Source: a virus
DNA length: 64,000 bases
Virus record (IMG/VR): IMGVR_UViG_3300028920_002946
Coordinates: 32,001-96,000 of that record
Direction: 5' to 3' (one strand)
Part shown: positions 30,031-39,109 of the stretch, one piece after another
Position numbering within the stretch: the stretch's first letter is position 1
Layout of the letters: each line of letters opens with the position of its first letter
Position numbers and translations under genes: made by a program
The notes under the pieces: model-generated
The model's input: the letters and a program-made list of their open reading frames with translations, nothing else
Told to the model about the DNA's origin: nothing
Databases searched by the model: none

Positions 30031-30753
30031 CTACAGGTACTTCTTGGCGAGGTCGTCGATGTCTGCGCTCGCCTTCTTCGGGAACTCGAACTTCGGCGTC
30101 TGATCCTTCGGGAGGCTCGGCTTGCCGTCGTCGGGCTTGTCCTTCTTCTTGGGCTTCTTCTTCGGTTCCTCAACCTCCCCTTCGGCCTCCTCCGAAACCT
30201 CCTCCGAAACCTCCTCCGGGGCTTCCTCGTCCCCGTCGCCCGGCGCGGATTCGTCCTCCTCCCCGTCGCCCTCGTAATCGAGGTTGATCTCCTCCTCCTC
30301 GTCCGGCTCGGCCATCTCCTCCTTCTGCTCGTCGACGGGCTTGAAGATTTCCCCCCCGGAGTCGTCCTCGTCGCCCTCAGGCTTCTTCTTCGGCGGCTTC
30401 GGCACACCCTGCCCCTCGGGGGCCGGGACCGGTGTCTCCTCGACTGCCCCGGCCGGGACGGCCAGCGGGTCGTCGCCCTCGGCGGCCTCCACGTAGAACC
30501 GCTCGCTCATTTCCGTCGGCACGTACCTCATGTCGCCCTGGCAGGCCGGGCAGCCGATGACCTCGTTCACCGTGACCGGCTCGACATCCGGGATGCCCTC
30601 TGCCGCGGCGGCCTTGGCGCGCCTCGCGTTGATGGAGGCGAGGCTGGCGGTGTGGTTGCAGGACGCGCAAACGAAGTAGGAACTCTCGGCGGCTTCCTTG
30701 TCGATGGCGTCCGCTATCTCAAGCAGCTTCTGCGCGGCGGTCTTGCGATCCAT
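30031..30753 (-). CDS. Hypothetical zinc-ribbon protein with N-terminal helical tag and acidic tail
   Basis: MDRKTAAQKLLEIADAIDKEAA, then CASC...CPAC, then an E/D/P-rich region. Late-promoter motif upstream. Confidence 0.7.
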   Translation of the reverse strand: MDRKTAAQKLLEIADAIDKEAAESSYFVCASCNHTASLASINARRAKAAAAEGIPDVEPVTVNEVIGCPACQGDMRYVPTEMSERFYVEAAEGDDPLAVPAGAVEETPVPAPEGQGVPKPPKKKPEGDEDDSGGEIFKPVDEQKEEMAEPDEEEEINLDYEGDGEEDESAPGDGDEEAPEEVSEEVSEEAEGEVEEPKKKPKKKDKPDDGKPSLPKDQTPKFEFPKKASADIDDLAKKYL

Positions 30754-30804
30754 TTGTCAACTCCCTTGAATCCGTGGGTATATGCCCTGCATATCGATGC
30801 CTGC

Positions 30805-30818
30805 ATGAATAGAAAATT
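30805..30818 (-). promoter_or_regulatory. Candidate late promoter (operon including the actin-like and NUDIX genes)
   Basis: AATTTTCTATTCAT. Confidence 0.6.
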
Positions 30819-30826
30819 AATAGACA

Positions 30827-32209
30827 TTAATAAACAATGTTCTCGAACGTTACCGTCCTGCCCTTCAGCTGGTACTGCTCCGGTATCTCCGGCTTGTCCG
30901 GGATGGTCGGGCTGGCGTCGGTCGGCCTGCCCGTCCTGTAGGCGTTCCAGGCCGGCGGCACGCCGTCCTCGCCGCCCGTTATCGGCACCTTGTACCGGAC
31001 ATCGTTGTGGTCCAGCGGCGCCAGGTTGAAGTGCTGCTGGAAAATCGCCCCGCGCGCCCCCTGGGGGTTCACGTGGGCTATCGAGTAGCGGTCGTTGTTC
31101 TGGCGGACCACGAAGTCCCTGTCGTTGATGAGCGGGTACGGCCCCGTCCACGTGGTCCAGTCGTAGTTCACGTGCAGGCCGACGTCCATCAGCTCCACGA
31201 TCTTCTCCGTCTCCGGGGGCGCCACGAGGATGTCGTACGGGCCGTAGTAGCCGCCGACATAGCCCGTGCCGTAGCACCTCAGGCAGCTGGCCCTCCCCGT
31301 GCGGTACTCCTGGTCCCAGCAGGAGCACCTCTGGCCGGCCCAGCGCCGGATGAACAACCTCACCCGCTCGCCGCCCTGCTCGAGGATGAACCTGTTCCTG
31401 CGGATGGACTCGGCCCAAATCCAGTCGATCCGCTCCATGTCGTAGGGGTTCACGGGCACGGTCTCGGCGAGCGGGGTCTCCCTGCCCTCCCCCGTGTCGG
31501 GGTCAACGGCCACCGACGTGACCCGGTAGTAGATCTTGCGGTTGATGTCGGTCTGGATCCAATTGTTGATGTACGTGTACGTGACGCGTATCTCGCCCCC
31601 GCGCGCGAGGTCGGGCAGGATGGGGTCGTCCAATCGGTTCGTCGTGTGGTTGTAGACCTTGTTCTTGATGAGGAATATCTCGCCCGTCTCGCCCATGACC
31701 CTGAACGCCGGCACGACCTGCCAATCGGACGACGAGGTTTCCTTGATCCGGACAATGACGCTGTCGATGCCGTCGGCGACCTTGCCGTTCGTCCCCGGGA
31801 TGACGATGGGCTGGTGGTACGTCTTCACTATCCAGTCGCCCGTGGCGTTCGTCCCGGCGATGAAGCGGCCGCCGGCGACGGGGTCCTCGTCCACCACCTC
31901 GACCTCGCGCGTCTGGTCCCTGTAGAACATGACGCCGACGGGCGTCGCGTTCAGCTTCTCGTAGGGCGCGTCCGGGGCGTCGAACGCGCGGTACACGTTG
32001 ACCCCCTCGAAGTCCAGGCCGTTGTTCTCGGCGTATATGGACGGGTCGTCCCACCGCACGTCGAGCACGCCTATCATGTAGGGGCTCGTGACCATGAGGT
32101 TCTTGGGCGCGAGCGGCAGCGACAGGGGCGTGTCGTCGTTCGTGCGGTACGGCAGCCTGTAGTCCGGCGCGCCGTAGTTGTAGATGAAGTTGTGCGGGCC
32201 CTCTGCCAT
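30827..32209 (-). CDS. Neck/head-closure protein (gp14-like) with N-terminal FN3/Ig-like extension
   Basis: IRRNRFILEQGGERVRLFIRRWAGQRCSC...CLRCYGTGYVGGY...WTGPYPLINDRDFVV...QQHFNL...GRTVTFENIVY. Confidence 0.65.
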   Translation of the reverse strand: MAEGPHNFIYNYGAPDYRLPYRTNDDTPLSLPLAPKNLMVTSPYMIGVLDVRWDDPSIYAENNGLDFEGVNVYRAFDAPDAPYEKLNATPVGVMFYRDQTREVEVVDEDPVAGGRFIAGTNATGDWIVKTYHQPIVIPGTNGKVADGIDSVIVRIKETSSSDWQVVPAFRVMGETGEIFLIKNKVYNHTTNRLDDPILPDLARGGEIRVTYTYINNWIQTDINRKIYYRVTSVAVDPDTGEGRETPLAETVPVNPYDMERIDWIWAESIRRNRFILEQGGERVRLFIRRWAGQRCSCWDQEYRTGRASCLRCYGTGYVGGYYGPYDILVAPPETEKIVELMDVGLHVNYDWTTWTGPYPLINDRDFVVRQNNDRYSIAHVNPQGARGAIFQQHFNLAPLDHNDVRYKVPITGGEDGVPPAWNAYRTGRPTDASPTIPDKPEIPEQYQLKGRTVTFENIVY

Positions 32210-32218
32210 GGCCTCCCC

Positions 32219-34636
32219 CTACTCTATCCCCGTCCACCCGGGCATCCCGGTGGCCCCTATCACGCCGTACCCGTGCCTCTCCGTGTGCGTGGACGACACC
32301 CCCGTGGCCCCCGACACCGCCCCGCCCGAGAACCACAGGTCCGACAGCACGGTCGTGCCCGTCTCCGTCGTCCGGGCGAAGAACCACCACGGGCCCGTCC
32401 ACAGGGAGGGCAGTTCCATGGCGACCGTCCGCCGCGGCACCGAGCCGCCCACCGTCACGCGGGCCAGATCGCCCTGCAGCGACACGTTGAGGTTCACCGC
32501 GCCGTACGTGCTGCCCGTCGTGCCGAACAGCCAGTCGTAGTCCGCGCCGCTCGTGCCGATGCGCAGCGTCACCGTGTCGTTGACCGTGTCCACGATGGCC
32601 CCGGCCCGGTTGTCGCCGTTGTCGGCGCCGAGGTACAGGGTGTCCGCCCCCACGTCGCCGCGCACCTTCAGGTCGAAGTCGGGCGTCACCTCGTACTCGC
32701 CGACGATGTCGATCTCGTTCGTGGCGGTCAGGCTCCTCGCGACCGTGTACGTCCCCGTCCCGGTGTAGCCCCCGTCCGAGAACCTCGCCACGGCCGGGCT
32801 GGCCAGCGCCTGCGTCGCCGACTGCGGCACCCCCACGAGGGTGGCCCCGCTCGCGCCCTGGAAGGACGGGTAGTACCCGGGCCTGACGGCGACGTACCGG
32901 GCGCCCGAGGCGAGGGCGGCCTGTATCGACCTGTACGGCCCGGTCTCCGAGCCGTCGTTCGAGTCGTCGCCGTCCGGGGACACGAAGACCGCCCCCGTCT
33001 CGTAGACGGAGAGGTCGGGGTGCACGATGATCGTGTCGACCGTCCGGCCGCCCTGCACCAGCAGGAGCCCGTCGGTCACGGTCATCCCCCGGCTTCTGTA
33101 CACCCCTCGCCTCGCCGCACCCGTGTACCCCGTCCAGGACCCTCCCCCCGTGGACCCCGACAGGGCCGGCACCTCGTGGGTGCCCGCGTCCAAGGGGCCG
33201 CCGTCGGAGTGGCTGTACGCGTAGTCCGGCGTCCAAAACGGCCCCGTCTCCGTGCCTTGGTAGATGACGTCGTAGCCCCGATCCGAGAACCAGCTGCCCG
33301 TCGACCCCTCGTTTGGGTTGCGCTCGTGGGCGCCGACGTCGCCGTAGCCGTCCAGCACGTACCTGTGGGCGCCCGCGATGTCGACATCCCTCCCGAAGGG
33401 GGTCACGTTGCCGCGCGTGTCCGGCCCGATGCTTGTCCACCCGCCCGCCGTGAGGCCCACCCCCATCTCGCCGAGTATGTCCGTCCACCGCCCCGGGTCG
33501 CCCGCGTCGATGTCCGGCGACCCGGACTCGAGCCTGTAGTCCCCCACCGAGGCGTCCGCGTACATGGGCGCCCCCGTGAAGTTGCCCGCATCATCTGTCG
33601 GGACGGCGCCGGTATAACCAACGTCGGCATGCCAGAAGTTGTTGTATCGGATGTTTATGGGCTGGTTGAAGTAGACGCCCAGGCTGATGTTGTCGACGTC
33701 GTTGCCCGTGATGTTGTTGGAGTCCACCCTGCTGTCGGGGGACACGGTGACCCCAAATATCTTCACCGTGTTTGAGGTGGCCGCGTAGCCCGCCTCGGAG
33801 TACATGACTCGCACGACATCCCCCACGGCGAACTCGTCCTCCAGCCGCAGGCCCTCCCACTTCACGATAGAACCGCTGCCGACGACTATGTAGTCCTCGC
33901 CGTACGCGAACGACGGCCCGTTCACCACGTTCATGGCCACGTCGTACTGCCCGTTCTGGTCGACGGAGGCCCAGCCGGGCAGCGCTATGACCATGTTCGT
34001 GATGTTCGCCGCGGTCAGGGTGCGGTAGATGACCCGCATGTCCTGGTCGAGCTGCGCGGGGGGCGGCGCCCCGTCCTTGGCGTATATGGTGTTGCGCCAC
34101 AGGTCTATCCAGTCGACGGTCTCGACATCCACGGCCTTGTATCCGTCGTCGAAGACATTCTGGGCGATGGACACCTCCTCGGCGTCCCTGAGGTAGATGC
34201 CGGAAAGGTGCCGCACCATCCTGTTTCGCAGGATGGACACATAGGCCGCGTTGTCGATGATGACCGGGTTGTCCACGTCCTCGAAGACGCAGTCGACGAC
34301 GGACACCCCGCCGATGTGGTCGCCGCCCATGGGGGGCTCGTTGTCGAGGGTGATGCCCGTGTCGAGGTTCTCGAAGTGGAGGTGCTCGAAGGTGCCCTGG
34401 CAGTCGTCGACGGTGAGCGTGCCGACCCGCGGCCTGGCGCCCGGGGTGCCGATGACGCTCACGCTCCTGGACACCGCGAGGTCGCCGTAGGACGCCCCGT
34501 CCCCCGGCTGCACGGACATGACGCCCCCGTCGGAAACAAGCGAGTACCCCTGCGCCAGCGTCCGCACCGGCTTGAGGAGGCTGCCCTCGCTCGAGTCGGA
34601 GCCGTTGAGGGAGTCAATGTAGACGACGGGACGCAT
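32219..34636 (-). CDS. Virion surface protein with right-handed parallel beta-helix (pectin-lyase-like) and DUF1565-like modules
   Basis: Two YID/FVS..G.DS..GS...P..[T/S][L/I]..[G/A] starts; beta-helix repeats; DYRLESGSPDIDAG. Contains 9 GxTG motifs. Confidence 0.75.
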   Translation of the reverse strand: MRPVVYIDSLNGSDSSEGSLLKPVRTLAQGYSLVSDGGVMSVQPGDGASYGDLAVSRSVSVIGTPGARPRVGTLTVDDCQGTFEHLHFENLDTGITLDNEPPMGGDHIGGVSVVDCVFEDVDNPVIIDNAAYVSILRNRMVRHLSGIYLRDAEEVSIAQNVFDDGYKAVDVETVDWIDLWRNTIYAKDGAPPPAQLDQDMRVIYRTLTAANITNMVIALPGWASVDQNGQYDVAMNVVNGPSFAYGEDYIVVGSGSIVKWEGLRLEDEFAVGDVVRVMYSEAGYAATSNTVKIFGVTVSPDSRVDSNNITGNDVDNISLGVYFNQPINIRYNNFWHADVGYTGAVPTDDAGNFTGAPMYADASVGDYRLESGSPDIDAGDPGRWTDILGEMGVGLTAGGWTSIGPDTRGNVTPFGRDVDIAGAHRYVLDGYGDVGAHERNPNEGSTGSWFSDRGYDVIYQGTETGPFWTPDYAYSHSDGGPLDAGTHEVPALSGSTGGGSWTGYTGAARRGVYRSRGMTVTDGLLLVQGGRTVDTIIVHPDLSVYETGAVFVSPDGDDSNDGSETGPYRSIQAALASGARYVAVRPGYYPSFQGASGATLVGVPQSATQALASPAVARFSDGGYTGTGTYTVARSLTATNEIDIVGEYEVTPDFDLKVRGDVGADTLYLGADNGDNRAGAIVDTVNDTVTLRIGTSGADYDWLFGTTGSTYGAVNLNVSLQGDLARVTVGGSVPRRTVAMELPSLWTGPWWFFARTTETGTTVLSDLWFSGGAVSGATGVSSTHTERHGYGVIGATGMPGWTGIE

Positions 34637-34639
34637 CCG

Positions 34640-35461
34640 CTACACCCCCAGGGCCGCCGCGTCCGCGGCCATCAGTTCGCGCACCCAGGCGGGGTGCAGG
34701 TACAGGTCGCTCGCGTAGCGCCAGTTGTACAGCCCGACCGCCTGCCCGGCCTTGTCGAGGTACGGCACCCACACGTAGCCCGAGCCGCTCCTCGTGGCGT
34801 AGGACCGGGGGCGCGAGTACAGGATGCCGTCGGAGTCCGCGCCGGACCTCGCCGGGCACTCGACGCCGTCCACGTAGAAGGTGATGCGCCCGTCGGTGCC
34901 GCACACCCAGCAGAGCATGTGCCAGCCCTCGTCCGCCAGGCTCACCCCTGTGGTCGCCTCGACGAGGTTGGACTGCGAACCCTTGAATCCGAGCCGGTGG
35001 TCGCCAGCCGCGGCGTCCCACTGCAGTTCGAAGCACACGGCCTGGTCGGCGCCGCGCACGTCGCCATCGGGGTCCGACACCGCAAGCGGGATGATCGAGT
35101 ACCCCTCCGGGCCGAAGATCGGGTTCCTGACCCACCCCATGCACGTCAGCGCCCCGCAGTACTTCACCGACGGCCCCGAGAGCGACACCGCCGGGGACTC
35201 CGAGTGCGACGCGGACACGTAGGTGTCCACCACGCCCGTGGCGACCCCGTCCCCGTCCCCGTTGGAGGCCGTGAGGACGACGTCGAAGCTGTCCACGCCC
35301 GTGTAGAGGTGCGACGGGCTCGCGTCGCCGCCGGTGGTCCCGTCCCCGAACTCCCACAGGTAGGATGTCGGGAGGCCCGTGCTCAGGTCCGTGAACTGGA
35401 CGGTGAGCGGGATCTCGCCGTAGTCGGGCGCCCCGGTGAATCCGGCAATGGGTGCCGCCAT
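34640..35461 (-). CDS. PKD-domain surface protein (possible LamG-like C-terminus)
   Basis: PLTVQFTDLSTGLPTSYLWEFGDG...PSHLYTG...VVLTASN (PKD), followed by WHMLCWV...ITFYVDGVE. Confidence 0.75.
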   Translation of the reverse strand: MAAPIAGFTGAPDYGEIPLTVQFTDLSTGLPTSYLWEFGDGTTGGDASPSHLYTGVDSFDVVLTASNGDGDGVATGVVDTYVSASHSESPAVSLSGPSVKYCGALTCMGWVRNPIFGPEGYSIIPLAVSDPDGDVRGADQAVCFELQWDAAAGDHRLGFKGSQSNLVEATTGVSLADEGWHMLCWVCGTDGRITFYVDGVECPARSGADSDGILYSRPRSYATRSGSGYVWVPYLDKAGQAVGLYNWRYASDLYLHPAWVRELMAADAAALGV

Positions 35462-35481
35462 CTCAGCCGCCTTTCAGCCTA

Positions 35482-35790
35482 TCAAGAGCCGGTTTCGCCA
35501 TAGTTGTACACCACGCGCAGCGTCAGCGGCCCGGTCACGCCGTGGGACGTGTCGTTCATGACATCCTTGACATCCGAGTTCGCCAGGTCGAGGGCGATGA
35601 GGCCCGTCCAGCCGTGGTGCGTGACGCCGAAGTCCACGCCGTTGCGCTGGGCCGGCCCGTCGGTGGGGTCGAGGGCGACGTCGTAGTTGCCGTCCGGCCC
35701 CGTGGTCGGTGGGTACTTCAGGACGAGGTAGTCGTTGCTGCCCGGGCCGACCTGCCCCGTGATGCTGTAGAATTCGACCTCGATCGCCAT
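35482..35790 (-). CDS. Small structural protein homologous to an internal module of the beta-helix protein
   Basis: NYDVALDPTDGPAQRNGVDF versus QYDVAMNVVNGPSFAYGEDY. Strong SD AAAGGGAG; late-promoter motif upstream; 3 GxTG motifs. Confidence 0.7.
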   Translation of the reverse strand: MAIEVEFYSITGQVGPGSNDYLVLKYPPTTGPDGNYDVALDPTDGPAQRNGVDFGVTHHGWTGLIALDLANSDVKDVMNDTSHGVTGPLTLRVVYNYGETGS

Positions 35791-35832
35791 GTTATCTCCC
35801 TTTCAAGGGGCGCCATACATCATAGCGCGTCT

Positions 35833-35846
35833 ATTAAGAGAGAATT
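35833..35846 (-). promoter_or_regulatory. Candidate late promoter (surface protein/neck operon)
   Basis: AATTCTCTCTTAAT, 13 bp after the stop of LAGLIDADG-MTase A. Confidence 0.65.
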
Positions 35847-35859
35847 ATGGCATCCCCGG

Positions 35860-38115
35860 TTACTTCCGCCAAACGTAGAGGGGTTCCCCCTCCTTCTGCC
35901 TGCTGCGGGTGTTCCAATACCGGGTGGGCAGCCCCTCGAGGCGCGTGCGCGGAAGGGCGCAATGCAAATTGCGCGGGAGATTGAGGACCAGGTAGCCGCC
36001 CGGCTCCAAAGCCGATTCGGCATACTGGAAAATCAGCCCCATAAGATCCCTCCACTCCCCGCGGCCCATTTTCCTGCCGTACACCTCCAAATCGATGTAC
36101 GGGGGCGAGGTAAACACAAGATGGCACCTTTCGGGGGCGCCCTCCAATGAGAACCCGCCGTGAACGAGGTCGCACCGGGCCGCGGACACGAAATCCCTCA
36201 TGGCGCACAAACCCTTGTGGGTCTTGCCCCAAGGCTCGAACCCCACGTAGGACCTCCCGCTGGAAACGGCCCCCAGCATCCGGCCGCCCCATCCCGCGCA
36301 CGGGTCAACGACAACGCCCCCAGGGGGGCTGTAGCGCTCGACGACAGCCTTGGCCACCACGCTCGGAAACGCGGTGACGCCCCCGCTGTACTGTATCAAC
36401 GCGTTCCGGACGAATTTGGGAAGTATGCTTTTCTTGGACTTCAGGCAATACTGCAGGGTCGAATGAAGCGTGGAGTGCCCGGAGAAGGTGTCAGCCGGCG
36501 AAACCCCGCGATATGTGGCCTCGCTCATATGGGGCATGTAGTGCTTGAACAACTCATCACCCACGTTTGCATACCTCAAGACCGTATCGGACTTCCACAG
36601 GTATCTGCTCTGAAACGACTCTATCAACTTCCAGGATCGGCGAAGATACTCGTCCCCGTACCGGGGAGCCGGGAACCCCTTGGAATGATAGTAGGCAACC
36701 GCGTCGTGCAGCACCTCCGGATTCAAGTCAACCACGTACTTGTTTACAAAAGACAAATCCAGGTCGGTGTTGACGGCGGGCTTGAACAACTCCGGAAAAT
36801 AGGTTTCCCAATAGGAGCCCAAATAACCCTCATCGGACGACTTGTACCAAAAGCCGGGCAGTATATACTCACCGGGCACAGGCTCGATGCGCAACGTCCT
36901 TCTGGCGGCGTTCTTGAAGAAGAATCGATTCTCCAACGACCCTATAATGGACTTCCCGGCAGTGACTATGTCCCCTTGTGAACCGTCATCCATGAAATAG
37001 CACGCCCGGCCGAGGTCATTCAATTCGGCGGCGATCATCTCGAAATTCCTGGACCCATCCGGGTTCAGATACCTGCAGTATTCATCGAACCCCGGGCACG
37101 AGAGGCCTATCTGCTCCTCGGACACTATCACACAGTCCTCATAGGCCTGGCCCTTCCTCGGCACCGTAACCACATTGGACAGATGATCCCGCAGTATCTG
37201 CGCCTTCACGTAGAGGTAGCTCAGCTGCGCCAAGGAATGGTTGACCACAAAGCGGCCGTTGAAGTCCAAATGGCCGTCGCCCATCAGCCATCCAAGCAGC
37301 ATCTGATGCACATCCTCGTCGCGGGGGGGCGTCTCCATCGGGGGGCGCCCCACGAGAAGATCCCGTATGGCCTCCAAGTCGCCGCTCCAGGCGACCCTTC
37401 TTTCAGGCAGCGCTATGCCCGCCTGCGCGATCCTGCGATGAAGGACGGTTTCCGAAACCCCCCTCTCCCGGCTGAGGGCCGCAACGCTGCCGGCCTTTTT
37501 CAAGGACTCCTCAAACTCCTCGTCGCTTCCGGAGTTGGCGATGCCCCTGGCCCTGTGTATCCGGTGCCACCTCGGGCCATCGAGGCCGATGCTCTTGATG
37601 TGGATCAAGAGGTCATCATCGTTTACACGGACGCCGTGGATGCGCTCTATCTCACCCGCCATGTCGACAACGCGCATGTCGCGGGACAGCATATCCTCCA
37701 CATCGCTCTTCTTGACATGCCCCCTGAGCCATGTCCGGTTATCCAATGACTTGATGCCGAACCTCCGGAGCCACCACCCAGCCGTATGTCTCGTAAGGGC
37801 CAGCCCGAATTCCTCATTCAAGGCCAAGGCGACCTGTTCGTAGCCGAACTTCTTGGTCTCGCACAGATACCGGGCCCGGTCTTTCATCGCCGCCGTCCAC
37901 GACGACTCCCCGAGAACCTGGGAAGCGGCGGCGCGCTTGGGCTGGATAAGGCCCTTTTTCTTGAGGAGGGAGATCTGCCTCTTGACCCAACGAGGCGTCT
38001 GACCGAGACGCTCAGCCATCTCGGCATTCTTCATCGATGAGTAGTTTTCGACGATAAACTTGAGGTTCTCGGGGGTCTTGCGGTCGGCGGTGACGCCCCT
38101 CTTTGGCGTGCTCAT
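35860..38115 (-). CDS. HTH-LAGLIDADG endonuclease-DNA amino-methyltransferase fusion (copy A)
   Basis: HTH repeats; LAGLIDADG helices MLLGWLMGDG and RACYFMDDGS; NHSLAQLSYL; MTase motif I VVDPCAGWGGRMLGA and motif IV FTSPPY. Start moved to ATG 38115 because of the promoter position. Confidence 0.8.
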   Translation of the reverse strand: MSTPKRGVTADRKTPENLKFIVENYSSMKNAEMAERLGQTPRWVKRQISLLKKKGLIQPKRAAASQVLGESSWTAAMKDRARYLCETKKFGYEQVALALNEEFGLALTRHTAGWWLRRFGIKSLDNRTWLRGHVKKSDVEDMLSRDMRVVDMAGEIERIHGVRVNDDDLLIHIKSIGLDGPRWHRIHRARGIANSGSDEEFEESLKKAGSVAALSRERGVSETVLHRRIAQAGIALPERRVAWSGDLEAIRDLLVGRPPMETPPRDEDVHQMLLGWLMGDGHLDFNGRFVVNHSLAQLSYLYVKAQILRDHLSNVVTVPRKGQAYEDCVIVSEEQIGLSCPGFDEYCRYLNPDGSRNFEMIAAELNDLGRACYFMDDGSQGDIVTAGKSIIGSLENRFFFKNAARRTLRIEPVPGEYILPGFWYKSSDEGYLGSYWETYFPELFKPAVNTDLDLSFVNKYVVDLNPEVLHDAVAYYHSKGFPAPRYGDEYLRRSWKLIESFQSRYLWKSDTVLRYANVGDELFKHYMPHMSEATYRGVSPADTFSGHSTLHSTLQYCLKSKKSILPKFVRNALIQYSGGVTAFPSVVAKAVVERYSPPGGVVVDPCAGWGGRMLGAVSSGRSYVGFEPWGKTHKGLCAMRDFVSAARCDLVHGGFSLEGAPERCHLVFTSPPYIDLEVYGRKMGRGEWRDLMGLIFQYAESALEPGGYLVLNLPRNLHCALPRTRLEGLPTRYWNTRSRQKEGEPLYVWRK

Positions 38116-38121
38116 GGCATA

Positions 38122-38150
38122 AATATACAGCGACCCAAGAGCCGTGTCAA
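38122..38150 (-). promoter_or_regulatory. Sigma70-type promoter for LAGLIDADG-MTase A (leaderless)
   Basis: Minus strand reads TTGACA-cggctcttgggtcgctg (17 nt)-TATATT-tatgcc-ATG; no SD. Confidence 0.8.
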
Positions 38151-38171
38151 CTAGGGCCTTACATTTTTTCG

Positions 38172-39053
38172 TTACATGGAGCCAATCCAATTACGCCTCG
38201 ATTGAACTCCGGGTTTGGAATAAGGCCCCAAAGCCGAACTGATTCCTATACCGTAACGCGGCTGCTTCAGACCGCGGACGATTTTTATCGATTCCTTGGC
38301 CTGCTCCGCGGCCTCCTTGAACTCGGTCAGGAAGTTGTTCTTCATCGACTCGTACTTCGACGACTTCTCGAGATCCAGGGAGACCCCCGATATGCTGTAG
38401 CCGTATTCGTCGGCGATCCAGTTGAGGGCCACGGCCGCGCAGGCCATGGCGGCCGCGCGCATCAGCACGGTAGTTCTCCACCTGATGGGCATGTCCGTGA
38501 GGCTGACCCCCGTGACGGGCGGGTAGGAGTTGAACAGGTCCACCGCCATGAGGAGGTACTCGTAGAGCTCCTCGTCCTCCCATATGTACCCGAACACCTG
38601 CGTCTGCGCCTGCAGGAACTTCTCGTGGGACGGCGGCCGGAAGCGGTAGTTGCGGTCGGGGTTGTTGTCCCGCAGGATGATGCGCAGCCTGCGGACCATG
38701 AGGTCGGCCGTCTCGTCGCCGGTGACGCTGACCGTGACGCAGTCCTTCACCACGTTGAAGGCCTGGACGGCCTCCACGAGCGGAGAGGTCGGGGTCTCGC
38801 GGAAGTTCCAGCGCACGAGCCAGTCGCCGATGTTCGAGTCCAGGGGCAGCGTGGCATCCACGTAGTACTGCCCGGTGCCGGAGGTCGCCGGCACCCTGTC
38901 CGGCGCCCCTATGAGCACCTCCACGCCCGTGGTGTCGTCGAAGAGGGAGTACCGGATGTAGGCCGGGTCCGTCGGGACCCCGGAGCCGTTCCTTACGGTG
39001 ATTTTCAGGTCGTCCTGCGCGAGGGTCTGCCCCGGCTTGAAGGCAACTGACAT
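38172..39053 (-). CDS. Head-tail adaptor/neck protein (gp13/gp15-like) with N-terminal Ig-like domain
   Basis: RRLRIILRDNNPDRNYRFRPP...IWEDEELYEYLLMAVDLFN..PP...YSISGVSLDLEKSSKYESM. Confidence 0.6.
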   Translation of the reverse strand: MSVAFKPGQTLAQDDLKITVRNGSGVPTDPAYIRYSLFDDTTGVEVLIGAPDRVPATSGTGQYYVDATLPLDSNIGDWLVRWNFRETPTSPLVEAVQAFNVVKDCVTVSVTGDETADLMVRRLRIILRDNNPDRNYRFRPPSHEKFLQAQTQVFGYIWEDEELYEYLLMAVDLFNSYPPVTGVSLTDMPIRWRTTVLMRAAAMACAAVALNWIADEYGYSISGVSLDLEKSSKYESMKNNFLTEFKEAAEQAKESIKIVRGLKQPRYGIGISSALGPYSKPGVQSRRNWIGSM

Positions 39054-39109
39054 CTCGAACTCCTTGCTGCTGGCGCCTCCTACGTTAACCCGATGGTATC
39101 AAAAGGGTA

